Source: Kofleriaceae bacterium
GTDB taxonomy: Bacteria > Myxococcota_A > Polyangia > Haliangiales > Haliangiaceae
Direction: 5' to 3'
DNA length: 64,000 bases
Assembly (NCBI GenBank): GCA_965215005.1
Contig: CBDCCZ010000006.1
Location: 171,720-235,719 of the forward strand
Part shown: positions 1 to 10,504 of the stretch, one piece after another
Layout: every line of letters begins with the position of its first letter
Numbering within the stretch: position 1 is the stretch's first letter
The notes under the pieces: model-generated
Told to the model about the DNA's origin: nothing
What the model saw: the letters and a program-made list of their open reading frames with translations, nothing else
Database searches by the model: none
Program-made: the position numbers and the translations under genes

Positions 1-238
1 ATAGGTAGCTAAGAGCCAGCTGCGAGATGGCGGTGGCCATGTGCTCATCAGCAACGCTGATGCGGTTCAGTTCCCAGAGTCGACCGATCTCCCGCTGCGC
101 CTCGCCGATCACACCGGTCGCCACAGAGCTCACCGCGAGTCCCGCTTCGACACCTTCTTCAATGACGAGTCGCAGTGCCTCTTGGCGATCGCCAGCGAGC
201 TGCGCGGCCACGAAACGCTCCCTAAGCTGGTCGATCAC
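1..238 (-). CDS. Cobalamin (B12)-binding domain protein, CarH/AerR-type helical cap; 3' end runs off the window
   Basis: Manual translation from GTG at 238: MIDQLRERFVAAQLAGDRQEALRLVIEEGVEAGLAVSSVATGVIGEAQREIGRLWELNRISVADEHMATAISQLALSYL..., with the W-x9-EH motif. TACAAT lies 6 nt upstream. Absent from the ORF track because there is no stop in the window. Confidence 0.85.
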   Translation of the reverse strand, partial: MIDQLRERFVAAQLAGDRQEALRLVIEEGVEAGLAVSSVATGVIGEAQREIGRLWELNRISVADEHMATAISQLALSYL

Positions 239-542
239 TGCTCTATTGTAGTGTGCGGTGGGCGTTGTGCAGCGGCGGCGTCGACCGCGACGACGGCGTC
301 GCGCTTCTACGCATCGGCCGGCAGTGCAGAATTTGGGACGCCGATGGGTTTGGGGGCGAAGTCTCCAGCGCACCGATATCGAGACCACCCGCCGGGTGAT
401 CTCGGGGCCAGAACCTACGAAATTCGCGGCCTATGGCGGCGAAATCGAAGCTGGTGTCGAACGCTTACAGCGCCCGTGCCATCCGGCATGGAGGCTGCAT
501 TTGTCGCGGCACAGGAGCTCTGACGGGCTCGCGGAGGCAGCC

Positions 543-1664
543 GTGCAGTATCTAAAATCATTGACAATTCTCTTCCTTTCGCTCATCGCGGCCTGTGGCA
601 GCGACGGTGGGGGCTCTGACCCGGGAATCGACGCCGGCGGCACCGGTGGCACCGATGGTGGCGACGGTCCGGTGCAGGAGCCGCCGGGACCTTTGGCCGA
701 GGGCGCGGCGACGCTCGCTGGAGGCCCGATTTCCGGCCGCGTCGATGGCGACCGCAACAGCGCCAGCTTCAACAACCCGGTCAATGTCGAGGTCGGCCCC
801 GACGGCAACATCTACGTCGCCGATTTTGATAACGGGCTGCTGCGGGTGATCACGCCGCAAGGGACCGTTTCGACGCTAGCACCGGCCGAAGCCGATTTCT
901 CGCGGCCCTTCGGGCTAGCCTTCACACCCGACGGCTCGCTCTACGTGCAAACCGACCGAGACACCGGAGGGCAACTGAGTGGTGCGCTCTGGCGCGTCGA
1001 TACCCAAACCGGCGAGGCAACGCTCGTGGAGGATACGGTCGGCCGTATGCGTGGCCTGGCCGCATTGCCCGATGGTCGACTCGTCATGGCGGAGTATCAG
1101 AAGCACGTCATCGTGGTGATCGACCCGGCAACCGGCGTGGTCAACACCATCGCTGGCGCCTACGACCAAATCGGCAACACCGACGGCGTCGGCGAAGCCG
1201 CTCGCTTCAACATTCCCTACGACCTCGTGCTGCACCCCGATGGCTATCTCGTCGTCGCCGACTACGGCAACAATCAACTGCGCCGCATCGACTTGAACGG
1301 CAATGGCCCGGCCGAGGTCACCACCTTGGCCGGCACTGGCATGGCCGGCGTGGTCGACGACACCTTGGCCGCGGCTGAGTTCAATCAGCCGCAAGGACTT
1401 GCCGTGGACGATGCTGGGATGCTCTACGTCACCGACAGCGCGGGGTTCGTGATTCGTCGCGTCGACCTCGCGGCGGACTCGGTGACGACGATCGCCGGGA
1501 CCGGCGAAGCCGGATTTCGCGATGATGAGAATCCGCTTGCAGCACAGTTCTACGGGCTAGAAGGCATCGCTGTCGACGATGCCGGTACCTACCTCTATGT
1601 CGCCGACGGCAGCCGCGGCGAAGACGCCCGCTACCACCGCGTGCGTCGCGTGTCGCTCCCGTAG
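543..1664 (+). CDS. NHL-repeat beta-propeller lipoprotein
   Basis: GGAGG RBS before GTG 543; signal peptide with lipobox LIAAC; Gly/Asp linker; repeated F-N-x-P...YVAD units (SFNNPVNV, RFNIPYDL, EFNQPQGL). The track start at 258 is over-extended. Confidence 0.85.
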   Translation: MQYLKSLTILFLSLIAACGSDGGGSDPGIDAGGTGGTDGGDGPVQEPPGPLAEGAATLAGGPISGRVDGDRNSASFNNPVNVEVGPDGNIYVADFDNGLLRVITPQGTVSTLAPAEADFSRPFGLAFTPDGSLYVQTDRDTGGQLSGALWRVDTQTGEATLVEDTVGRMRGLAALPDGRLVMAEYQKHVIVVIDPATGVVNTIAGAYDQIGNTDGVGEAARFNIPYDLVLHPDGYLVVADYGNNQLRRIDLNGNGPAEVTTLAGTGMAGVVDDTLAAAEFNQPQGLAVDDAGMLYVTDSAGFVIRRVDLAADSVTTIAGTGEAGFRDDENPLAAQFYGLEGIAVDDAGTYLYVADGSRGEDARYHRVRRVSLP

Positions 1665-1682
1665 TGTTGCCGTTTCCCAGGC

Positions 1683-1713
1683 CGCTCAGCAGGTTTTCTA
1701 CGGCTGCTGAGCG
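1683..1713. terminator. Hairpin between convergent genes, possible bidirectional terminator
   Basis: CGCTCAGCAG (1683-1692) pairs with CTGCTGAGCG (1704-1713); no clear U-tract. Confidence 0.4.
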
Positions 1714-1722
1714 CGCCCGGCC

Positions 1723-2064
1723 TCAACGGCTTTTGCGCCATGACGGCGGCGGCTGCAGAGCCTCCGTCGGCATGATCGCAAACATCAGGAGCAGCAAGCC
1801 CAGCACGATGTGGTTCTGGTGGTAAGCCGGAATCGGGTATTCGTTGATTCGGCCGTAGGCGATTAGCCACAGAGAAACCGCCAGAGTCCCGAAGCGGGTC
1901 CAGCGCAGCGGCTGGTAAAACGTCGCAAGCGAGAAGACCACGATCAACGTCGCGCAAATGAAATCGTTGGCCCAAACGCTCGGCTGCGCGGCTGGCAGTG
2001 AAAAGATGAACGGGCTGAGGGCGAGCCAGATCCCCAGCATGGCTTCTACGACGCGGGGCCACAT
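1723..2064 (-). CDS. SPW-repeat small membrane protein
   Basis: [21 protein letters not shown]... (GxWLxxSPF signature); about 4 TM helices; ATG overlaps the upstream TGA (TGATG). Confidence 0.75.
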   Translation of the reverse strand: MWPRVVEAMLGIWLALSPFIFSLPAAQPSVWANDFICATLIVVFSLATFYQPLRWTRFGTLAVSLWLIAYGRINEYPIPAYHQNHIVLGLLLLMFAIMPTEALQPPPSWRKSR

Positions 2065-2678
2065 CAGGCACCTGCCTGTAGCGCCAACGCATCGGCGCGC
2101 TCGTCTCGCTGGCCCCAGAACACTCGCCAAACCAGTCGCGCGTCCCGGTGCTCTTTCCAAACTCGACGCAAATAGGCAAGGGTTGCCCATACCTCATCAG
2201 CAGCGAGCGGGATCAACACGGTCGAGATCGCTGCAGTGATCAGGCACAGAAAACACCACGACCCCACCACCAGCCCCTGCACGAACACCAGCACAATGCT
2301 CACGATCCCAAGCGGGATGACGTCGATGCCAAAGATGATCACCATCCACGGCCGGTACTGCCAGCGCCTCGTTGAGCCGGCGAGACCAAAGATCGCATCG
2401 CCGAGATACGCGAGGGCTCCCAGCGCGGCGTCGGGTACGCCAATCCAACGATGCATCGTGCCGCTGGCGTCAGACTCGAGCACGGTTCGCGTTCCGTCGC
2501 CAAACACCGGATCCCACACCGTCTCGATGAGCCCCCACTGAAAAAGGGCCAAGTACGTCGAAATGATCGCCCCCACCGCGGCCAGCACGCAGATCGGGAT
2601 CCGCTGACTCCACGCGGAGGGATTGCGCGAAAACGGCGGGGCGTGGGCATCTAAACGAGAGTCGTCTGCGCGAGCCAT
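2064..2678 (-). CDS. Vitamin K epoxide reductase (VKOR) family membrane protein
   Basis: WCFLC CxxC motif, VLxS half-helix (TVLESDAS), [21 protein letters not shown] before ATG 2678. Confidence 0.85.
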   Translation of the reverse strand: MARADDSRLDAHAPPFSRNPSAWSQRIPICVLAAVGAIISTYLALFQWGLIETVWDPVFGDGTRTVLESDASGTMHRWIGVPDAALGALAYLGDAIFGLAGSTRRWQYRPWMVIIFGIDVIPLGIVSIVLVFVQGLVVGSWCFLCLITAAISTVLIPLAADEVWATLAYLRRVWKEHRDARLVWRVFWGQRDERADALALQAGA

Positions 2679-3109
2679 CGAGGCGAGCTCCTTCATATTC
2701 GAACGGTTGTACGGCGACGCGAACGCCGTTGCAGCGTTGCATGATGGCTGGCAGCTCCCGCCACTGGCACATGGTTCGCACGGCGATGCGCCCGTCACAC
2801 CGGGAAGCGCTCGACCGGTGAGCGGTCGGTCAACCGCCGACCGCGAGCGGATCGGTTGCGATGGACAGCGAATGCGCGTGACACGATGCTCGACCGGCGC
2901 TCCGGATGCTGACGCGATCAATATGAACGAGACGATCTGCCACGACCGAGTCAACACGACACGGACAACGCGCGTGCGAAACGCGTATCAGACGTTCCAT
3001 CACGCGAGCTCGCGGCTCGACGATGGCCGAGACATTTCATGGTCACGCGAGTGCGTCGTGCGCGACGCCAAGCTTGGCCAAGACTTTTGCTATAAGAGGA
3101 CACACAGGC

Positions 3110-5119
3110 ATGCGGGGTGAAGGCAAAGCTATCGCTCTCGTCGCGGCTGAGCAGCAGGACTGGGATCCGGTGTTCATCGCGCGGCGCAGAATCGAGATTC
3201 TCGGACTCCATCCGGAGGTCGACGGCGGTCGCTATGCGGCCAAGGCCATCGCCGGTGCTGTCACCTATGTCGAAGCCGACTTGGTCGCCGACGGTCACGA
3301 TCAAATGGCCGGCGTGGTGATGTATCGCCACGAGAACGAGCGCGAGTGGCGCGAGGCGTCGCTTTCGTCGCTCGGCAACGATCGTTGGCGTGCCGAGCTG
3401 ACGCTGCACGAGCTCGGCCGCTGGCGGTATGCCGTGGAAGGTTGGATCGATGCTTTCGCGACCTGGCGGCGCGGCTTTCACCTCAAGGTAGAAGCGGGCA
3501 TCGACGTGAGCGTCGAGCTGCTCATCGGCAGTGAGCTCGTCGCGGCAGCGGCCGCTCGCGCGAGTGGACCCGCTCGGCAACGCCTGGACGTGATCGCCCG
3601 CGACCTGCAAAGCAACGCTCCCACGCACGCGCGCATCGACGCGGCGCTCGACCCCGAGCTCGCCCGTCTGATGATGCTATGGCCCGACCGCAGCCTCTCG
3701 ACTCGATCCCCCGATCGCGTGATTTTCGTCGAGCGCCCGAAGGCGCGGTTCTCGGCCTGGTATGAGTTCTTCCCGCGCTCGTTTGGGCCCAATGGCAAAC
3801 ACGGCAGCTTCCGAGATGCCGAGAGCCACCTGCGCTACGTCGCGGGGCTCGGTTTCGATGTGGTGTACTTGCCGCCGATTCATCCTATAGGCCGTCTGCA
3901 CCGCAAAGGGCGCAACAACACGCTCGACGCTCAGCCCGACGATCCCGGCAGCCCGTGGGCCATCGGCTCCAGCGAAGGCGGCCACACAGCGATCCATCCG
4001 CAGCTCGGCACTCTCGCCGATTTTCACCACTTTCTCGCCGCCGCCAAAGACCTCGGGCTAGAGGTCGCTATCGATGTCGCCTTTCAGGCAGCGCCCGATC
4101 ACCCATGGGTAAAAGAGCACCCGGAGTGGTTCATCCAGCGCCCGGATGGTTCTATTCAGTATGCGGAGAATCCGCCAAAGAAGTATCAGGATATCTATCC
4201 TATCAACTTCAACAGCGAGGACTGGCGCGGCCTCTGGAACGAGCTGCTCGGAGTGTTCCTGTATTGGCTCGAGCAGGGTGTTCGCATCTTCCGCGTCGAC
4301 AACCCGCATACGAAGTCCCTGCGTTTTTGGGAGTGGTGCATTGCGCAGGTAAAGCAGCGTGATCCGGGCGCCATCTTCCTTTCTGAGGCCTTCACCCGGC
4401 CCAAGCTAATGTACGCCCTCGCCAAGCTGGGCTTCACCCAGTCGTATACGTATTTCACTTGGCGACACACCAAGGCAGAGTTCGTCGAGTATCTCACCGA
4501 GCTAACGAAGCCAGAAATCGCCGCATTCTTTCAGCCCAATTTCTGGCCTAACACTCCAGACATCTTGCCAGAAGACTTGCAAAGCGGCGGTCGGGCCGCG
4601 TTCCTTGGCAGGTTCGCCATGGCAGCCACGTTGTCGCCGAGCTACGGAGTCTACGGCCCTGCGTACGAGCTGCTCGACAGTATTCCGCGGCCCGGCTCCG
4701 AAGAGTACATCGACAACGAGAAGTATCAGCTGAAGCAGTGGGACCTGGAGCGGGGCGACAGCCTGCGCCACTTCATGGCCCGCATCAATCGCATTCGCAA
4801 GAACAACCCCGCCCTACACGACAATCTCTCTCTGCGCTTCCACAAAACCGACAGCGATCAGCTGCTTTGCTACAGCAAGCAGACACGCAACCGCGATAAC
4901 ACGATTGTCATCGCGATCAATCTAGATTGGCATCATCGACACGGCAGCCGCGTCTGGCTGGATCTCGAGCAGCTGGGCCTGGACTGGAACGCAACCTACG
5001 ACCTTAACGACTTGATCGATGGCAGCCGCTACACGTGGCATGGCACGGAGGGATACGTGGAGCTCGATCCGCATATCATGCCGGTGCACGTGTTTCGGCT
5101 CGAGCCTCGAGGAGGTTAG
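3110..5119 (+). CDS. glgE: Alpha-1,4-glucan:maltose-1-phosphate maltosyltransferase (GH13_3)
   Basis: WYEFFPRS, YLPPIHPIG, GSPWAIG, ENPPKKYQDIYP, FRVDNPHTK, FLSEAFTRP, NTPDIL; AAGAGGA RBS before ATG 3110. Confidence 0.95.
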   Translation: MRGEGKAIALVAAEQQDWDPVFIARRRIEILGLHPEVDGGRYAAKAIAGAVTYVEADLVADGHDQMAGVVMYRHENEREWREASLSSLGNDRWRAELTLHELGRWRYAVEGWIDAFATWRRGFHLKVEAGIDVSVELLIGSELVAAAAARASGPARQRLDVIARDLQSNAPTHARIDAALDPELARLMMLWPDRSLSTRSPDRVIFVERPKARFSAWYEFFPRSFGPNGKHGSFRDAESHLRYVAGLGFDVVYLPPIHPIGRLHRKGRNNTLDAQPDDPGSPWAIGSSEGGHTAIHPQLGTLADFHHFLAAAKDLGLEVAIDVAFQAAPDHPWVKEHPEWFIQRPDGSIQYAENPPKKYQDIYPINFNSEDWRGLWNELLGVFLYWLEQGVRIFRVDNPHTKSLRFWEWCIAQVKQRDPGAIFLSEAFTRPKLMYALAKLGFTQSYTYFTWRHTKAEFVEYLTELTKPEIAAFFQPNFWPNTPDILPEDLQSGGRAAFLGRFAMAATLSPSYGVYGPAYELLDSIPRPGSEEYIDNEKYQLKQWDLERGDSLRHFMARINRIRKNNPALHDNLSLRFHKTDSDQLLCYSKQTRNRDNTIVIAINLDWHHRHGSRVWLDLEQLGLDWNATYDLNDLIDGSRYTWHGTEGYVELDPHIMPVHVFRLEPRGG

Positions 5120-5128
5120 CGACGACTC

Positions 5129-8100
5129 ATGGTCAGGCACTCAAAGGACCCTCAGGTTCTGCTCGCGGACGATCCGCTCTGGTACAAAGACGCTCTCATC
5201 TATGAGATTCACGTTCGAGCATTCTCGGACTCCAACGGCGATGGCATCGGCGACTTCAACGGATTGGTCAGCAAGCTCGACTATCTGCAAGATCTCGGCG
5301 TCACAGCACTATGGCTGCTGCCGTTCTATCCGTCGCCGGGACGCGACGATGGCTACGACATCGCCGATTACACCGACGTAAACCCCTCGTACGGAACGCT
5401 GGCCGACTTTCGGCGTTTCTTGAACGAAGCGCATCGTCGCGGCTTGCGGGTCATCACCGAGCTCGCCATCAATCATACGTCCTCGGAGCACCCGTGGTTC
5501 CAGCGCGCTCGCCGCGCGCCTGCGGGGAGCCGGTGGCGCAACTTCTACGTGTGGAGCGAATCGCCAGAGCTGTACCGCGATGCCCGCATCATCTTTCCCG
5601 ACTTCGAAACGTCCAACTGGACGTGGGACCCGATCGCCAAGTCCTACTACTGGCACCGCTTCTACTCGCATCAACCCGACCTCAACTTCGAAAACGAAGA
5701 GGTTCACGATGCGGTCATCTCGGTGCTCGACTTTTGGATGGATCTGGGCGTGGATGGGATGCGGCTCGACGCCATTCCCTACCTATACGAACGGGAAGGT
5801 ACGAACTGCGAGAACCTGCCCGAGACGCATCAGTTTCTCAAAAAGCTGCGCGCGCACAACGACGAGAAGTACCGCAACCGGATGTTCCTGGCCGAAGCCA
5901 ATCAGTGGCCGGAGGACGCCGCTTCGTACTTTGGTGATGGCGACGAATGCCACATGAACTTTCATTTTCCGCTGATGCCGCGGATGTTCATGGCAGTAAA
6001 TCTGGAGTCGAGTTACCCGATTCTCGATATCCTCGAGCAGACGCCGGAGATCCCCGAAAACTGCCAGTGGGCACTATTTCTCCGCAACCACGACGAGCTC
6101 ACGCTGGAGATGGTCACGGATGAGGACCGCGACTATATGTGGCGCGTCTATGCCGAGGACCCGCAGGCGCGCATCAACCTGGGAATCCGTCGGCGGCTCG
6201 CGCCGCTCCTCAAGCTACGGCGCAAGATCGAGCTCATGCACGGTCTCTTGTTCTCACTGCCGGGGACCCCGGTTCTCTATTACGGCGACGAGATCGGGAT
6301 GGGCGACAACATCTATCTCGGCGACCGCGACGGCGTGCGCACGCCGATGCAGTGGAGCTACGACCGCAACGCCGGCTTCTCGCGGGCCAACCCGCAGAAG
6401 CTGTTTTTACCCGCGGTCATCGACCCCGAGTACCACTACGAAGCGATTAATGTCGAGGCGCAGCAGAACAACGCCCAGTCGCTCTTGTGGTGGGTCAAAC
6501 GTCTCATCTCGTTGCGCAAGCAGCACCAGGTGTTTGGCCGCGGGAGCATGCGCTTCTTGCGACCGGACAACCCCAAGATCTTGGCATTCGTGCGCGAGCT
6601 CGACGACGACCGGGTTCTGGTGGTGGCGAATCTGTCACGTTTTGCCCAGGCCGGTAAGCTCGACTTGAGCGGCTACGAAGGCCTTATTCCAATGGAGATG
6701 TTCGGGCACTCGCCATTTCCGCGCATCAACGAACAAGAGCCTTACTTCTTAGCGCTCGGTCCACACGAGTTCTACTGGTTCGAGCTCACGGAAGAAGACA
6801 CCGCCAGCCAGACGCCACACGCCGAGCTGCCGCGCCTAGACGCACCTCAAGGTTGGGAGACGCTGCTCAGCGGCCAAGGAGACCTCGAGCGAGTGCTAGC
6901 GACGTACCTGCCGACCTGTCGCTGGTTCCGCGGCAAAGCGCGACGTATCTCGAAAGTAAGGCTCACGGAGGCGGTGCCGCTAGAAGGCGCCAGTGGTGCT
7001 CAGCTGGCGTTTGTGCGGGTTGATTACGTGCAGGAAGACCCGGAGACGTATCTCCTGCCGCTGGCGCTCGCGGACCTCGAGATGGGGCAGAAGCTGATTG
7101 AAGATCAGTATCAAGCAACCATCGCTCGGGTCGCAATGGGTGATGAGAGTGGTGTCCTCTACGATGCGAGCTACTCCGATACGTTTGCGCGCGACCTGCT
7201 GGCTCTCTTTAGCAACAAGAACCATCCGCGCGGCAGCGACGGGGAGATCAGCGCCACTGGGTTTGCTGCGCTCCAGGCGCTAACCAGCGAAGGTCTAGCA
7301 GCCCTTTCGCCTAAGCGCTCCACGGCTGAGCAATCCAATACCAGCATCATCTTTGGCGACGAGCTCATCCTCAAGCTCACGCGCGTCGTCGAATTTGGCT
7401 CGCAACCCGAGATTGAGATTGGCCGCTTCTTGACCGAGAAGGTCGAGTTCGAGCACGTCCCACCGCTCGCCGGCGCTATGCATTACGAGCGCGGCAGCGA
7501 GCAGGCCGTTATCGGAGTGGTCCAGGGTTTCGTCGACAATCAGGGCGATGCGTGGGCCTTCACCCTCGACTCGCTGAGTCGCTTCTTCGAGCGTGCGCTC
7601 AGCTATCAAGAGCACCCAACCGAGCTGCCCATTGGCGCCGACTCGCTCATGGCGCGTGCTCGTCTAGACGTTCCCGACGTTGCCAAGGATACCATCGGCG
7701 GCTATCTCCCCTTGGCGCGCATCTTAGGAGAACGCACCGCGCAGATGCATCTCGCCCTTGCCCGCGGCGATCTCGACTCAACGTTCGCGCCGGTCGCGCT
7801 GTCCACGCTGCACCAGCGTTCGCTATATCAGGCGGCGCGCACCACGTTGAATCGCGGCTTCGAGCTCCTCGAGTCGCGCCGGCGCAAGGTGCCCGAGCGC
7901 TGGCAGTCACTGGTCAAGGAAGTGCTGAGCAACAAGGATCGTCTTGATGAACAGCTGAGGTCGATCACGGGGACCAAGATCGAAGCGGCTCGGATCCGCA
8001 CCCATGGCGACTTCCATCTCGGTCAGGTGCTGTACACCGGTGGCGACTTCGTCATCATCGACTTCGAAGGAGAACCAGCGCGTCCACTGGGTGAGCGCCG

Positions 8101-8452
8101 CATCAAGCGGTCGCCGCTTCGCGACGTGGCTGGCATGCTGCGATCGTTTCATTACGCGGCGATGCTGGCCTCCCACGATCCGCACTGGCCAGCCGACAAG
8201 CAAGACGCCGTCGAGCGATGGTCCACCTTCTGGCACTCCTGGGTGACAGCGCAGTACCTACGCGCCTATCTCGAAGTGACAGGCGGCAGTGGCTTGGTGC
8301 CAGCGTCCGATGAGCAGCTGGCCGCATTGCTCGACTTCTATCTCGTGGACAAGTGCGTCTACGAGCTTTCCTACGAGCTAGGTAGTCGGCCGGAGTGGGT
8401 GTGGATTCCGCTCATGGGGCTCCTGGACATCTTGAAAGCCAAGGGACAATGA
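5129..8452 (+). CDS. treS: Trehalose synthase / maltokinase (TreS-Mak/Pep2) fusion
   Basis: N-terminal GH13_16 ([40 protein letters not shown]); C-terminal maltokinase ([36 protein letters not shown]). Confidence 0.95.
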   Translation: MVRHSKDPQVLLADDPLWYKDALIYEIHVRAFSDSNGDGIGDFNGLVSKLDYLQDLGVTALWLLPFYPSPGRDDGYDIADYTDVNPSYGTLADFRRFLNEAHRRGLRVITELAINHTSSEHPWFQRARRAPAGSRWRNFYVWSESPELYRDARIIFPDFETSNWTWDPIAKSYYWHRFYSHQPDLNFENEEVHDAVISVLDFWMDLGVDGMRLDAIPYLYEREGTNCENLPETHQFLKKLRAHNDEKYRNRMFLAEANQWPEDAASYFGDGDECHMNFHFPLMPRMFMAVNLESSYPILDILEQTPEIPENCQWALFLRNHDELTLEMVTDEDRDYMWRVYAEDPQARINLGIRRRLAPLLKLRRKIELMHGLLFSLPGTPVLYYGDEIGMGDNIYLGDRDGVRTPMQWSYDRNAGFSRANPQKLFLPAVIDPEYHYEAINVEAQQNNAQSLLWWVKRLISLRKQHQVFGRGSMRFLRPDNPKILAFVRELDDDRVLVVANLSRFAQAGKLDLSGYEGLIPMEMFGHSPFPRINEQEPYFLALGPHEFYWFELTEEDTASQTPHAELPRLDAPQGWETLLSGQGDLERVLATYLPTCRWFRGKARRISKVRLTEAVPLEGASGAQLAFVRVDYVQEDPETYLLPLALADLEMGQKLIEDQYQATIARVAMGDESGVLYDASYSDTFARDLLALFSNKNHPRGSDGEISATGFAALQALTSEGLAALSPKRSTAEQSNTSIIFGDELILKLTRVVEFGSQPEIEIGRFLTEKVEFEHVPPLAGAMHYERGSEQAVIGVVQGFVDNQGDAWAFTLDSLSRFFERALSYQEHPTELPIGADSLMARARLDVPDVAKDTIGGYLPLARILGERTAQMHLALARGDLDSTFAPVALSTLHQRSLYQAARTTLNRGFELLESRRRKVPERWQSLVKEVLSNKDRLDEQLRSITGTKIEAARIRTHGDFHLGQVLYTGGDFVIIDFEGEPARPLGERRIKRSPLRDVAGMLRSFHYAAMLASHDPHWPADKQDAVERWSTFWHSWVTAQYLRAYLEVTGGSGLVPASDEQLAALLDFYLVDKCVYELSYELGSRPEWVWIPLMGLLDILKAKGQ

Positions 8453-10458
8453 CAACCCATACGAATCAACGAACCCACACGAGTGCAGCCGATCGCTCAC
8501 GCGAGCGAAGCAACTCGAATGGGGCAGCCAAGGTAGTGCACGGGCCGACCCTTCTCGGCGACCAAGACCTTCATTACTTCAATGAAGGCACTCATGCGCG
8601 CATGTATGAGCACCTGGGCGCGCATCTTCGCAGTGAGAAAGGCAAGAGCGGCTGTCAGTTCGGCGTCTGGGCTCCTTCGGCCGAATCAGTGAGCGTGATC
8701 GGCGACTTCAATGGGTGGGATGCCGCCGCTACGCCGCTTGCCGTGAAGGGCTCCTCGGGCATCTGGGAAGGCTTCGTACCCGGAGTGGAGCGCGGCGCCA
8801 CTTACAAATATCACGTGGTATCCCGCAACGGCGGCTACACCGTCGACAAGATGGACCCCTATGGACTGTTCCATGAGCATCCACCACGCACCGCGTCCGT
8901 GGTCTGGGATCTAGATTACGAATGGGAAGATAAGACTTGGATGCAGGGCCGTGGTGAGCGCCACAAGCTCGACGCGCCCATGTCGATTTATGAGGTCCAC
9001 CTCGGTTCTTGGCGCCGCGATCCCGACGACCCCGAGCGGTTCCTCACGTATCGCGAGCTCGCTCCCCTGCTCGCCGATTACGTCTCCTATCTAGGATTCA
9101 CTCACGTCGAGCTGCTACCGGTGATGGAGCATCCGTTCTACGGCTCGTGGGGCTATCAAGTCACCGGCTATTTCGCCCCCACCAGCCGCTACGGCAATCC
9201 TCAAGACCTGATGTACCTGATTGACTATCTGCATCGCGCCGGCATTGGCGTGCTGCTCGATTGGGTACCCGCGCACTTCCCCTCGGATGAGCACGCTCTT
9301 GGCTACTTCGATGGTACTCACGTCTACGAGCACGCCGATCCGCGCCAAGGCTTTCATCCTGACTGGAACTCGCTCATCTACAACTATGGCCGCAATGAAG
9401 TGCGCAGCTTCTTGCTCTCGAGCGCCATCTTCTGGCTCGACAAGTACCATATCGATGGTCTGCGGGTGGACGGCGTGGCGTCCATGCTCTACCTCGACTA
9501 TTCGCGGGCCGCGGGAGAATGGATACCCAATGAATTCGGCGGTCGGGAGAACATTCCCGCCATCGACTTCCTACGCCAGATGAACACCACGGTGTTCAAA
9601 GAGTTTCCCGACACCCAAACCATCGCGGAGGAGTCGACAGCTTGGCCAATGGTATCGCGGCCAACGTACACCGGCGGGCTCGGCTTTGGCATGAAATGGG
9701 ACATGGGGTGGATGCACGACACACTCCAGTACTTGAGCAAAGACCCCATCTACCGCCGCTATCACCACGGTGACGTCACGTTTCGCGGCGTGTATGCCTT
9801 TCACGAGAACTTCGTCTTGCCGCTGTCGCATGACGAGGTGGTGCACGGCAAGGGCTCTTTGATCAACAAGATGCCGGGGGATGAATGGCAGAAGCTTGCC
9901 AACCTTCGGCTGCTCTACGCCTATATGTGGGCGATCTCGGGCAAGAAGCTGCTCTTCATGGGCGGTGAGTTCGGTCAGTGGCGCGAGTGGCAGCACGACA
10001 ACAGCCTCGATTGGCACCTCACTCATTCGGAGGGCCACCGCGGGCTGCAGAGCTTGGTGTCGCAGATAAATCGCCTCTATCGCGAGAAGCCGGCCCTGCA
10101 CCGCGACGTCGAGCCGGAAGGGTTTCGATGGATCGATGCCTCCGACTTCGAGCGCAGCATCTATATCTTCGAGCGTAGCGGTCGTCGCGGCGAGAAGCTC
10201 CTCTGCGCGCTCAATGCCACTCCAACGCCGCAGTACAACTACCGCGTCGGAGTGGATCGCATGGGTTACTGGCACGAGCTTCTCAACACCGATGCCCGCG
10301 AGTTCGGTGGCTCCGGCCTCGGCAATTACGGCCGCGTCGAGGCGCATCCTGTTTCATGGCAGGGGCAGCCGTTCTCGATCACGCTCACGCTGCCGCCACT
10401 GGCCGCGATCTGGCTGGAAGCGCCAACGGCCGAAGGAGATGGCGCGAGCGAAGCGTAA
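8449..10458 (+). CDS. glgB: 1,4-alpha-glucan branching enzyme (GH13_9)
   Basis: [56 protein letters not shown] overlap with the treS stop. Confidence 0.95.
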   Translation: MTTHTNQRTHTSAADRSRERSNSNGAAKVVHGPTLLGDQDLHYFNEGTHARMYEHLGAHLRSEKGKSGCQFGVWAPSAESVSVIGDFNGWDAAATPLAVKGSSGIWEGFVPGVERGATYKYHVVSRNGGYTVDKMDPYGLFHEHPPRTASVVWDLDYEWEDKTWMQGRGERHKLDAPMSIYEVHLGSWRRDPDDPERFLTYRELAPLLADYVSYLGFTHVELLPVMEHPFYGSWGYQVTGYFAPTSRYGNPQDLMYLIDYLHRAGIGVLLDWVPAHFPSDEHALGYFDGTHVYEHADPRQGFHPDWNSLIYNYGRNEVRSFLLSSAIFWLDKYHIDGLRVDGVASMLYLDYSRAAGEWIPNEFGGRENIPAIDFLRQMNTTVFKEFPDTQTIAEESTAWPMVSRPTYTGGLGFGMKWDMGWMHDTLQYLSKDPIYRRYHHGDVTFRGVYAFHENFVLPLSHDEVVHGKGSLINKMPGDEWQKLANLRLLYAYMWAISGKKLLFMGGEFGQWREWQHDNSLDWHLTHSEGHRGLQSLVSQINRLYREKPALHRDVEPEGFRWIDASDFERSIYIFERSGRRGEKLLCALNATPTPQYNYRVGVDRMGYWHELLNTDAREFGGSGLGNYGRVEAHPVSWQGQPFSITLTLPPLAAIWLEAPTAEGDGASEA

Positions 10459-10504
10459 TCCCGGCGCAGCCGCTCTTGTGTCACCACCCGGCTTACCAAG
10501 AGCC

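Noticed and set aside
27..523. Plus-strand ORFs 27-251 and 41-523
   Set aside because: Shadows of the minus-strand B12-binding gene and intergenic DNA; no recognisable motifs
2765..2780. TGGCACATGGTTCGCA as the glgE sigma54 promoter
   Set aside because: Good -24 but CGC instead of TGC at -12, and 330 nt from the start; left uncalled
2986..3051. Imperfect repeats AGAC(G/A)TT(C/T)CAT...CACGCGAG upstream of glgE
   Set aside because: Only two degenerate copies with unequal spacing; too weak to call and not CRISPR-like
3075..3096. TGGCCAAGACTTTTGCT before glgE as a sigma54 site
   Set aside because: GG-GC spacing is 11, not 10
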